A DNA stretch of 64,000 nucleotides from the human T2T-CHM13v2.0 reference genome, Homo sapiens. Made by a program: the position numbers and the translations under genes. The stretch lies in assembly GCF_009914755.1 (NCBI RefSeq), contig NC_060947.1. One strand, given 5' to 3'. A model generated the notes under the pieces. That model searched no databases and was not told the DNA's origin. It saw only the letters and a list, made by a program, of their open reading frames with translations. Of this stretch, positions 1-17,250 are shown piece by piece; position 1 is the first letter of the stretch; the number at the start of each line of letters is the position of its first letter.

Positions 1-176
1 GTCGCTGCTGGGGCCCGCTCCCACACTGTAGAATGTACTTTCATCTTCAATAAATCCCTGCTTTCGTTCTTTCATTGCTTCATTCTTTCCTTGCTTTGCT
101 ATGTGTTTTGTCCAATTATTTGTTCAGAATGCCAAGAGCCTGGGCAAGTTGCAGTCAAGACCCTCTACTGGTAACA
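1..176 (+). mobile_element. ERV1 (MER4-group) LTR, 3' part
   Basis: AATAAA at ~48, U5-like 'ttttgtccaattatttgttcagaatgccaagagcctgg' and terminal 'ggtaaca', typical of MER4-group LTRs. Confidence 0.7.
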
Positions 177-189
177 CAAGAACAAATAT

Positions 190-330
190 TGTCTCATTTA
201 ATCCAACCTTATAATAGTGGTAACCACTAATATTATTAGCCCCATATGAGGACATTGAGGCTTGGAGAGGTTATGATTTTGTCCAAAGTAAATGAATTAT
301 TAAGTCATCCCAAGTAGCTTGATTCCATAT
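190..330 (-). mobile_element. MIR SINE fragment
   Basis: 'tctcatttaatcc...gaggacattgaggcttggagaggttatgattttgtccaaagt' resembles the antisense MIR core. Confidence 0.6.
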
Positions 331-3300
331 TCCATGTTCTTATTCACTTCCCAGAGACTGGAGAAATTCCAGGGATTGAGTAAAAGACTCTGCTAGTGAT
401 TGATACGCCTCACTTCCTTGCAGCACAGATGATGGGATATGACTATGGAACATCTGTTGAAGTTGGGTACTAGGAGTAAAAACACTAAGCCAGCTGTCAG
501 GGGTTTGGAGATTCATTTTGTGATTAGTGTCAAGTCCTGCTGAAAAGAACTGCTCCACAGGAGCAGGAAGGACCAGTGTAGGTCATCTTGATGTCATCTT
601 GCAGCAGATGAACAGTAAGGGTATCCATAACAAACAAGAAGAACTAAGGACCACAATCAACTTATTTTTCCTGGGACCAAGTAAGCATCACAAGTCTAAT
701 AGGATCCCATAGAAAAAGGAAGGAACTTTTGAAATTTTACTGATATTGGCCTTTCTACCAGCCAAGTGTGTGTAGCTTGAACTCAAATGCCATTCGACTT
801 AGGAAAGTAAAGAAATGTGCTATATATTCCTCTTATTTTTCATGAAACACGATAATATCCATTACCCAAGGCTTACAAAAGGAGAGGGATTTCTATGCTC
901 TGGGGGATGAGGTACCACAGATAGTAGAGTGGAAACCCCTTAGAAACTTAACACTGTCCCCAAGTCATAATGCAGTGCTCTTCTGTTTGTAGTGGTGGAG
1001 GGTGGATATTATAAATGTCTAAATCATGGAGATAGAAGAAAAGAGATTTCCAGTTCTGGCCAAGACAGAGTAAACCCATTCTTTCAAGGTCCTCCCTCTT
1101 CAAACTGAAAAAATTCTGGACATAGCACAACTTTAAGAAGTCTCTGAAAGTTGAAAGTAAGCTGGATGAACAAAGGACCACAGAATTTGAGGAAATTCGG
1201 GGTAGTGAGTTCCCTGGGTGTCTTTATTGTGTCCCTTATATATTGGCCAGAAAGTTGCAGGAGGCTCTAACCCAGAACCATGAATAGGCAAAGATAATAA
1301 AAGCTCCAACAATAGCCTGTTGTCCATAGGCAAAGGATCTGGAAAACAGAGGCCTAATTGCAGAAAAGCATTTTTTTTTTTTTGGCAATACCCATCCTAC
1401 TGCAGCTAAACATCAACAGAAAAACTACCCTACCTCACTCTACCACAGACTGTTTCAGTGTGTGGCCAAGTAGGGAGCTGGTCTTCCATTCTCTCCATGG
1501 CAGAAGTAGGTGTTATACTCCTTGCAGGGGTAGTGTCAGTGTGGTCCAGTAGTAAACTCAGCCTCCACTCACATCTGGTCAGCAAGGAGAAGGTTTGAGA
1601 AGTGGCTCATCACCACTATGCTTCACACCCCTCCTCTTCGCCAATTTCAGTAAGGCTCAGTGACAAGCTGAGCTTCCATTCACATTTAGTATCAATGAGT
1701 CTGAATAAAGCAGTGAGATTCAGAGCTAGTCAGTTCTCCACCATCCTTGACTCCTGGTGTCAGCGGTAACTGAACCTCTACACACACTCAGCAGGAAAAA
1801 GGACTGAATAAGGAGGTGGGAAGTAGGGCTAAGTCTTGCTCCGAAGAAATAATGAAATACATACACCTACAGATTCAAGAAACTAAGTGAACACATATAG
1901 TATAAGCCCAAATAAATCCACACCAAGACACAGTATAATTAAATCTCTGAAAAAAAATCATAAAATAAAACAGACAAATGGCACATTAACTACAGGGCAA
2001 AACCAGATCAAATGACGCCAGATTTCTTATCTGAAACCACAAGGCCAGAAGGAAGTGCTGAAATAAAACATGCCAACCACACATTCCACATGTAGCAAAA
2101 TTATTCAGGAATGGGGTGAAATAAAGACATTCTCAGATGAAGGAAAACAAAGAATTTGTTGCTAAAAAAAAATACACAACCCTTGAAAAATGGCTAAAGG
2201 AAGTTGTCTAAGCAGAAAGGTATTCATAAAAGAAAACTTGGAATTTTAAAAGGAAAAGAAGAATATCAAATGGGTAAAAACATAATTAAACATAATAGGC
2301 TTTTCTACTTCTCATGAGTTTCTTAAATCATATTTGATGATTGAAGGAAAACTTATGACACTATCTGATATAGCACTCAATGTATGTAGAAGGAATATTT
2401 AAGAAAATGATATTTTAAAGTATGGGAAATAAAAGGACTTTATAGAAAGTAAGGTCTATACACCTCATTCAAAGTGCTAAAACACTGATAACAGTATACT
2501 ATGATAAATTACATGTGTCTATATTGTTACCTAGAGCAATAACAAAAATACAAACTGATATACTCAAAAATGCTGTAAAAATGAAGATAGAACCCAAGAA
2601 AAAGGGGGATTTCAAATAACCCACAGGAAGGTGAGAAAGAAGAGATAGAGAAAAAAGAAAGAGAAAACAGAAAACAAATTAGTGGCAGACTTAAGCCCAA
2701 ACATATCAAAACTTACCATAAGTATAAATTGTCTAAGTATGCTAATCAAAAGACAGAAATTGGCAGAGTAGATTAAAAAGCAAACATAATCCAAAAATAT
2801 GCTGTCAATAAGTAACCTCCAAAAATATGACATTGATAGGCTAAAAGTAAAAGGATAGAAAAACATGTGATGCATGCATTAATCACAGAAAGCAGGAAAG
2901 GCTATAGAAATATCAGATAAAATGGACTTCAAAGTGAAGAAAATTACTAGAGTCAAAGAGGTTCATTACGTAATTTTAGAAGAATCAATCCTTAAGGAAG
3001 ACATAACAATCCTAAATGTTTATGTTCCAAACTGAAGAGACTTCTGAATAAATGAAATAAAAATGAGTAGAATTAAAAGGAGAAATAGACAAATCAAGAT
3101 CCTACTCTCAGTAACTGATAGAACTACTAACCAGAAAATAAGCATGCATACAGAAGAACTTAATAATCCAATCAACTGGATCTAGTTGACATATATAATA
3201 CACTCTACTCAACAATAGCAGAACACGCATTATTTTTTTAAGCACGCATGGAACATTCACAAAGATAGACCATATTCTAAGCCTTAAAACAACCTTAACA

Positions 3301-4094
3301 AATTTTAAGTATTGAAACCACAGTGTAAGTTCTTTGCTCATAATGTAATCAAATAGAAAAACAATAAATCTCTAAGGACTAAACAAGATGCTTCTAAATA
3401 ATCCATGGGTCAAAGAGGAAAGTCTCGATGGAAATGAAATAATGTATAGAATTCAGTGAAAGTAAAAGTACAATATATGAAAATATATACCACACAGTGC
3501 TGAAAGGGAAATTTGTAACATTAAATGCTTACAGTAGAAACAAAGGTCTCACGAAATATAAGTTCTCATTTCAAGAAACTAAAGCAGATCCAAGACAAGC
3601 AGGAGGAGGGAATTAATAAAGATATAAGCAGAAATGAATTTAATTGAAAACAAAAAACAATGGGGATAATCAATGAACCTAAGAGTTGATTCTTCAAAAA
3701 AATAATATTAATAGCCACCTAGTAAGACTGACAGAATGGAAGAAAGAAAACACAAATTACTGGCATCAGGAATGAAATAGAAGGCATCACTATAGGCCCT
3801 GCAGACATGAAGGGATAATAAGGTAATATTAGGAGCAACTTTTACCTACATTAATGTAAGTTAGAAAAAAAATGGACCAAATTCCTCAAAAAGTACAAAC
3901 TACTACAACTTATTGAATTTTAAGTAGAAAATGTAGATAGCACTATTACTATTAAAGAAATTGAATTAATACTTTAAAGTCTCCCCATAAAAAGTCACCT
4001 CCATACACAAATACTTTGGAGAAATCTACCAAACTTTTAGAGGAGACTTAACACCAAATTTACACAACCTCTCCCAGAAAAATATAAAAGGAGA

Positions 4095-4471
4095 CGTCTT
4101 AGTCTGTTCAGGCTGCCGTAACAAAAGAACATAGACTGGGTGGCCTAAACAACATAATTGTTTCATATTTCTGGAGGCTAGAAGGTGCCAGAAAGGTAGG
4201 TTTAATTCTGAGGTCCCTTTTCTTGGCTTGTATATAGCTGCCTTCTCACAGCATGCTCACATGACCTCTTTTTTGTTTGAGGGCTGAGAGAGAGAGAGAG
4301 GCATCTCTTCGTCTTCTTATACAGCCACCAATACTGTCATATTAGGAGTTCATCCTAATGACCTCATTTAACTTTATTTACTTTCTTAAGGGTTCCTTCT
4401 CCAAATACAGTCACATTGGGTATTAGGGCTTTAACATAATGAATCGTAGAGAGACACAATTCAGTCCATAC
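4095..4471 (-). mobile_element. MaLR solo LTR (MLT1A/MST-like) inserted in the L1
   Basis: Starts 'gtcttagtctgttcaggctgccgtaacaaaag' and ends 'acacaattcagtccatac'; host L1 resumes afterwards. Confidence 0.8.
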
Positions 4472-5690
4472 GGAGGGAATATTTTCCAATGAATTTTATG
4501 TAGCTAGTAATTCTCAACAAAATATTAGCAAACTGAATCCAGCAAGCTATAAAAGGAATTATACAGCATGACCAATTTGGATTTATTCCATGTATGCAAG
4601 TCTGGTTCAACATTAGAAAATCAAACAGTGTAAACTACCATCTCAACAATGTTTTGTAAATAATATGATCATATCAACTGACACAGGAATAGCATTTGAC
4701 AAAATCCAACCCCCATTTGTAATTTAGAACTTTCAGCAAACTGGGAACAAAGGAGAACGTCATCAACTTTGTAAAGAACATGTACAAAAATTTACATCAA
4801 ATATCATATTTAAAGGTGAGGAATTATATTCCTTATGTCTAAGATCAGAAACGAGACAAGGTTTTTTTGCTTTCACCACTTTTACCCAACTGTAACTGGA
4901 ATTTTTACCCAGTATAATATGGCAAGAAAAAGAAATAAAAGCTGTACGGATAGGAAAGAAAGACATGAAACTGTCTCTACTTGCAGATGTAATGATTGCC
5001 TATGTAGAAAATCCCAAGAAATCTGAAAAAGAAAAACAAAATTTTTAGAACTAATAAGTGAGTTCGATAAGTTCATAGGATGCAAACTGAATGCGCAGAA
5101 ATCAGCTTCATTTCTATATACCGACAATGAACAAATAGAGAATGACATTAAAAACAAAATACCATTTAAATCACATAAATAAAATGAAATAATTACATGT
5201 AAATTTACCAAAATATGTACAGGATCTGTATGGCAAAAAGTACAAAATAATAATGAAATCAATTAAGACCTAAATACATGCCATGTTTATGCATTGGAAG
5301 ACACAACATATTAAATATGTCAACATTCCTGACTGATTTATAGTTTTGGAGCAATTCCTACCAAAATCTCAGCAGGGTATTTTTGGAGCTTGTTCTAAAA
5401 TTGATATCGAAAGGCACAGGCCCTAGAATAGCTAAAGCAATCTTGAATAAGGTGAAATCACTCTATGCCACATTAAGTCCTACTACATAGCCACAATAAT
5501 CAAGACAGTGTGATATTAGCAGATAGATACATCCAAAAATTGAATAAATAACCCAGAAGTAGACACACAGTAATGCACCTAGCTGACTTTTGACAAAGGT
5601 ACAAAGGCAATTTCAATAAACAGCTGGAGAAACTGAACATCTATCGGCAAAAAAAAAAAAAAAATGAACCTTGACCCAAACCTCACTTCT

Positions 5691-5917
5691 TAAACAAATT
5701 CAGTAAAGTTGCAGGATACAAGATCGACATACAAAAATCAGGAGCATTTCTATATGCCAACAGTGGACAATTCAGGGTAATTTTTATATATCAGTTCTAA
5801 TAGATTTTTGTTGGAGGCCAAATATAAGATCATATAATCTGCAAACAAATTTGACTTCCTCCTTTCCGATTTGGATGCCCTTTATTTCTTTCTCTTGTCT
5901 GATTCCTCTAGCTAGGA
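5691..5917. mobile_element. Short two-orientation L1MA ORF2 fragment inserted in the older L1
   Basis: Sense piece 5691-5772 ('aacaaattcagtaaagttgcagg') and antisense piece ~5789-5917 ('tatcagttctaatag...ctagctagga'). Confidence 0.7.
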
Positions 5918-6223
5918 ATAGATTGCACACAGATTTAAAACATAAAATCATAAATCTCTTTTTAAAAAAGCACAGATTAAAATCTTTGGGATATAGGCAA
6001 TCTTTGTGCTAGGCAAAGAGTCCGTAGACTTACAAACAAAAGAGTCATCCTTAAAAGGAAAAACTGATAGATTGAACTTCATCAAAATTATAAGTTTTCT
6101 CTCTGTGAAAAACCCTGTTAAGGACACTAAAGCACAAGCTATGGCCTGGGAGAAAATGTATGAAAACTGCATACTGAACAAGGGACTCATGTCTTGAATA
6201 TATAAGTACTCTTAAAACTCTCA

Positions 6224-6505
<282 letters not shown>

Positions 6506-7092
6506 TTAGAAAATGGGTAAATGACAAAAACAGACATTTAATTAAAGAGGAGTTTCAAGAGTTCTTATATAGTCAGACTCTACTATGTTGTTGAGGATAC
6601 AGTTTTCATACATTTCCTCCCAGTCTATAGCTTGATCTGTCTTAAATAAATTATAACATCTTCATACAAAATCCCACACATGGATGTTTATAGCAGCTCT
6701 ATTTGTAATAGCCAAAATCTAGAAACAACCTTGGTATCCTTCAATGGATGAATAATTAAATAAATTTTGCTTTATCCATATATTGTCTACTGCTCAGCAG
6801 TCAAAAAGGAGCACATGGTCAATGCATGCTACCACTAAGATGAATCTCAACGGAACTATGTTGATTTAAAAAATGCCAATATCAGAAGGTTACACACAGT
6901 ATGATTCCATTAATATAACATTCTGGAAATGACAAATTTATAGAACTAGAGAACAAATTATTGGTTACAGGGGTTAAGGAGGGGAGTGGGAGTGAGAGGG
7001 AAGTGGGTTTATCTATAAAAGGCCATAGTATCACTGTAGTGATGGAAATGTTCTACATCTTAACTTTATCAATGCCAGTATTCTGATGGTGA

Positions 7093-7379
<287 letters not shown>

Positions 7380-7516
7380 ATATATAGCTATTTTTTAATT
7401 GTGGAAAACTGGGTAAAGTGTATACTGGATCTCTATATTATTTCTAAACATTGTATATGAATACATTTTTTTCAAAATTTAAAAAATTGTTTGAAAACCA
7501 TTAAGAAAGAAACCAT

Positions 7517-10922
<3,406 letters not shown>

Positions 10923-11752
10923 AAGGAAGAAACCATGTAATATACATACATATCCAGTTATATATGTTATCAAGACAGAAAATTAAAAAACGCAAACTAT
11001 AAGCACCCTTCTGTCAGTAGGCATAACGTTAACATATAAGACTCTGTGCCTTCAATTGTGAGGCCTCATTTTTTGACTTGGCAGAGGCCATTAGCACATT
11101 TGAGTGCTAGAAACGGAAAAATATAGTGCAGTGCCATCCTACTTCCTTTGCATTCTTCACTCCACCATATACAACTGCCAGGTACTGAATATAAATTAGC
11201 AGAAGCAGCCTGTTTAGCATTACAGACACCTCATAAGTACACCTAAGGAGGTTGCAAGCTAATAACTTCAGTGAGGTGCTGGAATCATGATTCTTTAGAC
11301 CAGGAGTAATCAAATTTAATAAATATCATTGAAAATTACACTCTTAAAATGTATGGTTTAAGAAATGTCTTTGAGCTAAATAAACATTTTTTTGTTTCAA
11401 TATACTTCATTATTATTTTAAAATTTGGTTATTATTGGTGATGCAGCCATTCAAATATTTGGTTTTATGTTCAGTTTTTACAATGTTTATTACTTTTCCC
11501 ATGTCTGGATTAAGTGGCTTTCATAGCTGAAAAAGACACTTCATGAAGTTACATAGGTTTAATTAGAAGAAGGGTATTATTGACTGAGTTTAGTAAATCA
11601 TTATTCACATTTTAATCCCACCTACCAGTTATGCATACACTTTGAAAAGAAACACTGGTAATAAAGTTTCAACTTCTTTGAAGCCCAATAGTTGTTCCTG
11701 CCAATTTATGGGTCAGCATTGCAATTTGTACTTTTATAAAAGATTTGACATT

Positions 11753-12055
11753 TGCTGGGCATAGTGGCTCACTCCTGTAATCCCAGCACTTTGGGAGGTG
11801 GAGGCAGGCGGATCGCTTGAGGCCAGGAGTTTGAGACCAGCCTGGGAAATATGGTGAAACCCTGCCTCTACTAAAAATACAAAAATTAGCAGGCCTTCGT
11901 GGTGCACGACTGTAGTCCCAGCTACTCCAGAGTCTGAGGTGGGAGGATCACTTGAGTCCAGGAGACAGAGGTTGCGGTGAGCGGAGATTGTGCCACTGCA
12001 CTCCAGACTGGGTGACAGAGTGAAACTCTGTCTCCAAAAAAAAAAAAAAAAAAAA
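11753..12055 (+). mobile_element. AluJb-like
   Basis: 'ggatcgcttgaggccaggagtttgag' and 'gaggatcacttgagtccagg'; ~20-nt poly(A). Confidence 0.9.
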
Positions 12056-12116
12056 TTGATATCTACTACAGCTCTTCATTTGGAATATTTTATAAACTGT
12101 TTAGAAACACTGTTTC

Positions 12117-12450
12117 TAAAGGATGAGTTCATGTCCTTTGCAGGGACATGGATGAAGCTGGAAACCATCTTTCTCAGCAAACTAACACAAGAACAGAAAA
12201 CCAAACACCACATGTTCTCACTCATAAGTGGGAGTTGAACAATGAGAACACATGGACACAGGGAGGGGAACATCACATGCCCGGGCCTGTCAGGGGGTGG
12301 GGGCTAGGGGAAGGATAGCATTAGGAGACATACCTAATGTAGATGACTGGTTGATGGGTGCAGCAAAACACCATGGCACGTGTACACCTATGTAAGAAGA
12401 CTGCATGTTCTGCACATGTATCTCAGAACTTAAAGTATAATAATAATAAG
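12117..12450 (+). mobile_element. L1PA (PA7-like) 3' UTR fragment
   Basis: 'ggatgagttcatgtcctttgcaggg...gtagatgactggttgatggg...cttaaagtataataataataa'. Confidence 0.92.
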
Positions 12451-12453
12451 AAG

Positions 12454-12558
12454 AAGAATTGCTTGAACCTGGGAGGCTGAGGTTGCAGTGAGCTGGCATT
12501 GTGCCACTGCATTCCAGCCTGGGCAACAGAATAAGATTCTGTCTCAAAGAAAAAGAAA
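12454..12558 (+). mobile_element. Alu right-arm 3' fragment within the transduced sequence
   Basis: 'aagaattgcttgaacctgggagg...gtctcaaagaaaaagaaa'. Confidence 0.9.
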
Positions 12559-13236
12559 CCAAGATCTGGGGTTGCATGATATCTTATGTTCTTTTCCTAA
12601 TGTTACTTCATAATAAAAAGTTAAAAAACAAAAAAAAATGTGTCTTATTTAGCTCCATCCCTCTGAAATTGCTCTCAGTAACACTGGAAAACCAATACTT
12701 ATGTCCTCTTACCCAACTCCTTCATCTATGCCTGCTGCAGTCACCCTGGGTTTAATGTTACGCATCACCACCTGTTTGCTGTGTGATCTCTTCAAAACAC
12801 TCAACTACTGGAAAAAAAAAAAAAAAAAAAAGAAACACTGTTTCCAAAGTTGTTTTTTAACATGCTCATAATGATAGGTTTTTTTTTTTAAGTTATACAC
12901 TTCAGTTGTACTCAGGAGAAAAATCATATAAAGATAAAAACATTTTAAATATTTATTTTCAAAATTCCCTCTTTATAACAAAACGTTTTGTTCAAAATCA
13001 GAATTTACTCTTTGGTAAATTATCCATGTCTAGAAGGGTCAGATTAAGTGGTTTCTTTTTATTTGGTTTTGTTTTCAAAAAATCTATTAACGTGATATTG
13101 AAAACCAGTTGTCATTAAAGAAAAAGTCAACAAATTTGATACAATTGGTTTTTTAATAAAATACAAATATATAATACATCTTTAAGTTACTGTAAATCTA
13201 TTATCATGGAAAAATCTTCATCAGTGATATTCAGTA

Positions 13237-13938
13237 CAGTAGCCCCAACTTATCAGAGGGAGATCTGTTCTAAGACACACAGTGAGCGGATGCCTGAAAC
13301 TGTGCATAGGACCAAACCATATTGTCCCTCAGTTTCTCAGGGGGATTGGTTACAGAACCCGGTGGGGATACCAAAATGTGAGCATGTTCAAGTACGTTAC
13401 ATAAAATAGTGTAGTATTTGCATTTGACATGTACACATCCTCTCATATACTTTGAGTCCTGCATAGATTACTTATAATATCTAATGTAATGTAAATGCTA
13501 TGTAAAAAAAGTTGTTTTACTGAATTATTTAAGGAATAATGACAAGAAAAAAAATCTGTACATGTTCAGTACAGATAGAATTTTTTTGTGAATATTTTCA
13601 ATCCAAGGTTGGCTGAATCCCTGGATGTGGAACCCATAGATATGGAGGGCTGACTGTATTTACAATTTTTAAAAATCTGATAACTGAGAAGGCTACTAAA
13701 TGACTAACAGGTGAGTAGCATAGAAAGTGTGGATACATCAAACCAAGGGATGATTCACTTTCAGGGCAAGATGTAGTGGGAAGGGGCAAGATTTCATCAC
13801 ACTACTCAGAATGGAATGTAATTTAAAACTTTTGCATCACTTACTTCTGGAATTTTCCATTTAATATTTTTGGGCCACACTTGACCATGGGTAACCGAAA
13901 CCATGGAAAATGAAAATGTGGATAAGGGGGGTCTACTC
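13237..13938 (+). mobile_element. MER44/Tigger7-derived MITE, interrupted by MER2
   Basis: TIRs 'cagtagccccaacttatc' and 'gataaggggggtctactc'; TA on the left; internal 'atttcatcacactactcagaat'. Confidence 0.8.
13318..13656 (+). mobile_element. MER2 (Tigger MITE) nested in MER44
   Basis: 'gtccctcag...ggggattggtt...ggataccaaaat', ending 'tatggagggctgactg' followed by TA. Confidence 0.85.
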
Positions 13939-14136
13939 TCTTACATAAACTGCATATATCAAAATGGGCTTAAAGTGCTACCATCTAATCTTCTGACTCA
14001 GGGCTGCTTCACTAGCCCTTTATATAACAGACTAACAGATGGATCTAGTGAGATTACCTATCTGTATATTAAATAGTGAAGCTTAATTTCATTTTCTAAT
14101 GTATAAAAAGTTGAATATAGTCACCAGTGAGCAGTA

Positions 14137-14720
14137 ACTTAAGTTGAGTTCTGGAGAAGCAGGGCCTGAGATGAGAATTTTTGTGCAAGTGAAATAAGGT
14201 TGCTAGCTAAAATACAAGGTGCCCAGTTAAATTTGAATTTCAAATAAACAGTGATTAATTTTACAGTACGTATACATCCCAAATATTTCATGTGACATAC
14301 TTATACTAAAAACCATTCCTTCTTTGCTAGAAACTAAAATTTTAATGAGTGTGTAGTATTTTTATTTGCTAACTATGACAACACTATATGTGATTTATTA
14401 AGAAAGTGCTCTTAGGTAAGACATATAAAGGCATAAGGGAAACAGGATAGGGCAGAGGAAGAAGCTCTGCACAAATGTGAGTTCATTCACCCTGTCTTCG
14501 ATTCCATAGGGAGATTTAGAATGAATGGTACCACCAAAGTTGTCTTGTTGAGGACATGACAATCCAGTCATTTTCAGTGAGGTGGCCCCGCTAAGCCCAG
14601 GGAAATTCTCAAGAGAAAGTTGCAGTTGTGAGCAATTGACATAGTAACAGCCAGATAACTGGGGGATGAGTGAACCAGCTTCCTAAAGGGGAACTTGGCA
14701 GGGCACTAAGAGTATCTATT
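14137..14720 (-). mobile_element. MLT1K/L-like MaLR LTR, interrupted by MER53
   Basis: 'gttgagttctggagaagcagggcctgagatgag...tttattaagaaagtgctc...aggatagggcagaggaagaag'. Confidence 0.6.
14196..14386. mobile_element. MER53 palindromic hAT MITE
   Basis: 'aggttgctagctaaaatacaaggtgcccagttaaatttgaatttc...gacatacttatactaaaa...gacaacacta'. Confidence 0.8.
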
Positions 14721-14999
14721 AGAAGAGGACTCTGGAAACATGGCAACCTGAATATGGTTCCCTTCACCTGACCTCCAAAGTATGTCTGAGTCAGATGTCT
14801 ACTGGAGTCTATAGGCAGCTATACTCTTTGAGAGTCTCACCAGAGAGAACTGGTATCTTCATAAGCCACTGTTTTTTCTTATTGTTTTTACAGCAACATA
14901 TAATGTCAGCTGACACAGATATAAAAATAAAACAAAATCTTGAAAGTCTAATAGAGTAGATATGGAATCACATTCAATCTAAGGGGTCGAGAGTAACCT

Positions 15000-15744
15000 T
15001 CACTATATACATTCAACAATACAAAAGCTGAAAAATAAATTTCATATAATAAAACCACTAGACAAATGATAGTTTTGGAAAACATTGTACTAAATACATC
15101 AAACGAAAAGTTAAAGTCTATAATACGTAAGTGTGTCTTAACACACTGACAAGAAAAAGACCAAACAACCAAAGAGTAAAAAAGGACAAAGGATATAAAT
15201 AGTCAGCCAACAAATACATGAAAAGATGTTCACATTCACAAATAGCAATATTCAAAGTAAATTCAAAGTAAAGTACCACTTCATCTATAAGACATATACA
15301 AATTTATAAAGAATAATAACATCTGTTGCTACCAAGGATGCAAAAAAATTTCTCTGATATATTGCTGGTGGAAATATAAGATATTATAATCTTTTTAGGG
15401 GACATAATCTAGTCCATCTACTGAAATTAAAAATACATATCGTCTTCTACCCAGTAATCTCACTTCTAGGAATTTACCCAATAAAATAAAACCTCCATTA
15501 CATAGAAAACTGTATCAGCCAAAATGATGACTGCAGAACTTTTCAAAAGTGGTAAAACAAAAAACAAACAAACAAAAAACTTCTGGAAGCAAAGTGAATT
15601 TCCCTCAGGGGAGAAGTGATTGAATGTATGACACTATAGTCACAACATGGAATATTATACAGCCAATAAAAATATGTATTTGAGCTATGGCAGTTGACCC
15701 AGATAAATTTTCAGTACACATTGTTGAGTGAGAAAAGCAAGATG
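15000..15744 (+). mobile_element. L1ME-like 3' fragment
   Basis: Degenerate L1 3' motifs such as 'atacatgaaaagatgttc' and 'atggaatattatacagcc'. Confidence 0.55.
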
Positions 15745-16238
15745 CTATACATATATATATACATATATACACATATATATACATATATACACATATATAC
15801 ACATATATACACATATATACATATATACACATATATACATATATACATATATACACATATATACACATATACTATATACACATATATACATATATACATA
15901 TATACACATATATACATATATACACATATACATATATACATATATACACACATATATACATATATACATATATACACATATATACATATATACATATATA
16001 CACATATATACACATATACTATATACACATATATACATATATACATATATACACATATATACATATATACACATATACATATATACATATATACACACAT
16101 ATATACATATATACATATATACACATATATACATATATACATATATACACATATATACATATATACACACATATACATATATACATATATACATATATAC
16201 ATGTAGTATATATAGTATATATATGTATATATATATAT
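15745..16238. repeat. ~490 bp (TA/CA)-rich simple repeat (TATACA-type) with a 147-bp higher-order unit
   Basis: Nearly pure alternating purine-pyrimidine; the 'act' interruption recurs at 15871 and 16018. Confidence 0.95.
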
Positions 16239-16354
16239 AGTGTTAATGTAGTTTTAAACTAAAAGAAAGTAATATTACAAATTAAATGCTTAGTGTTTTA
16301 TTTGGTACCTCAGTGGATTGTCTTGCAACACTGCTTTGGAGATGTGGTCTAATG

Positions 16355-17020
<666 letters not shown>

Positions 17021-17029
17021 GTCTAATGG

Positions 17030-17250
17030 ACTATTATTTATTGAGTGCTTATTAATAAGCCATGTATTGTGCCAAGTCTTTTACATAAAGTATTTCATTT
17101 AATACCTACACAACAACTGGAGACATGTATTTTTATTCCCATTAAATGTATTAGGAAAAGGAAGTATAGTAAGTTGAAGACAACTCAGCAAATTTGCACA
17201 GCTCCTAGGTGAGAGAGCTGGGATTTAAATGTACCTTGTCTTGCTTCCTA
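17030..17250 (-). mobile_element. MIR
   Basis: 'atttattgagtgctt...tttcatttaat...gagctgggatttaaa'. Confidence 0.6.

Noticed and set aside
340-1333. Short ORFs in apparently unique sequence
   Set aside because: No recognisable domains or convincing splice structure
15605-16240. Several 87-170 aa ORFs rich in Y/I/H/T/V/C/M
   Set aside because: Artefacts of the stop-free TA/CA simple repeat
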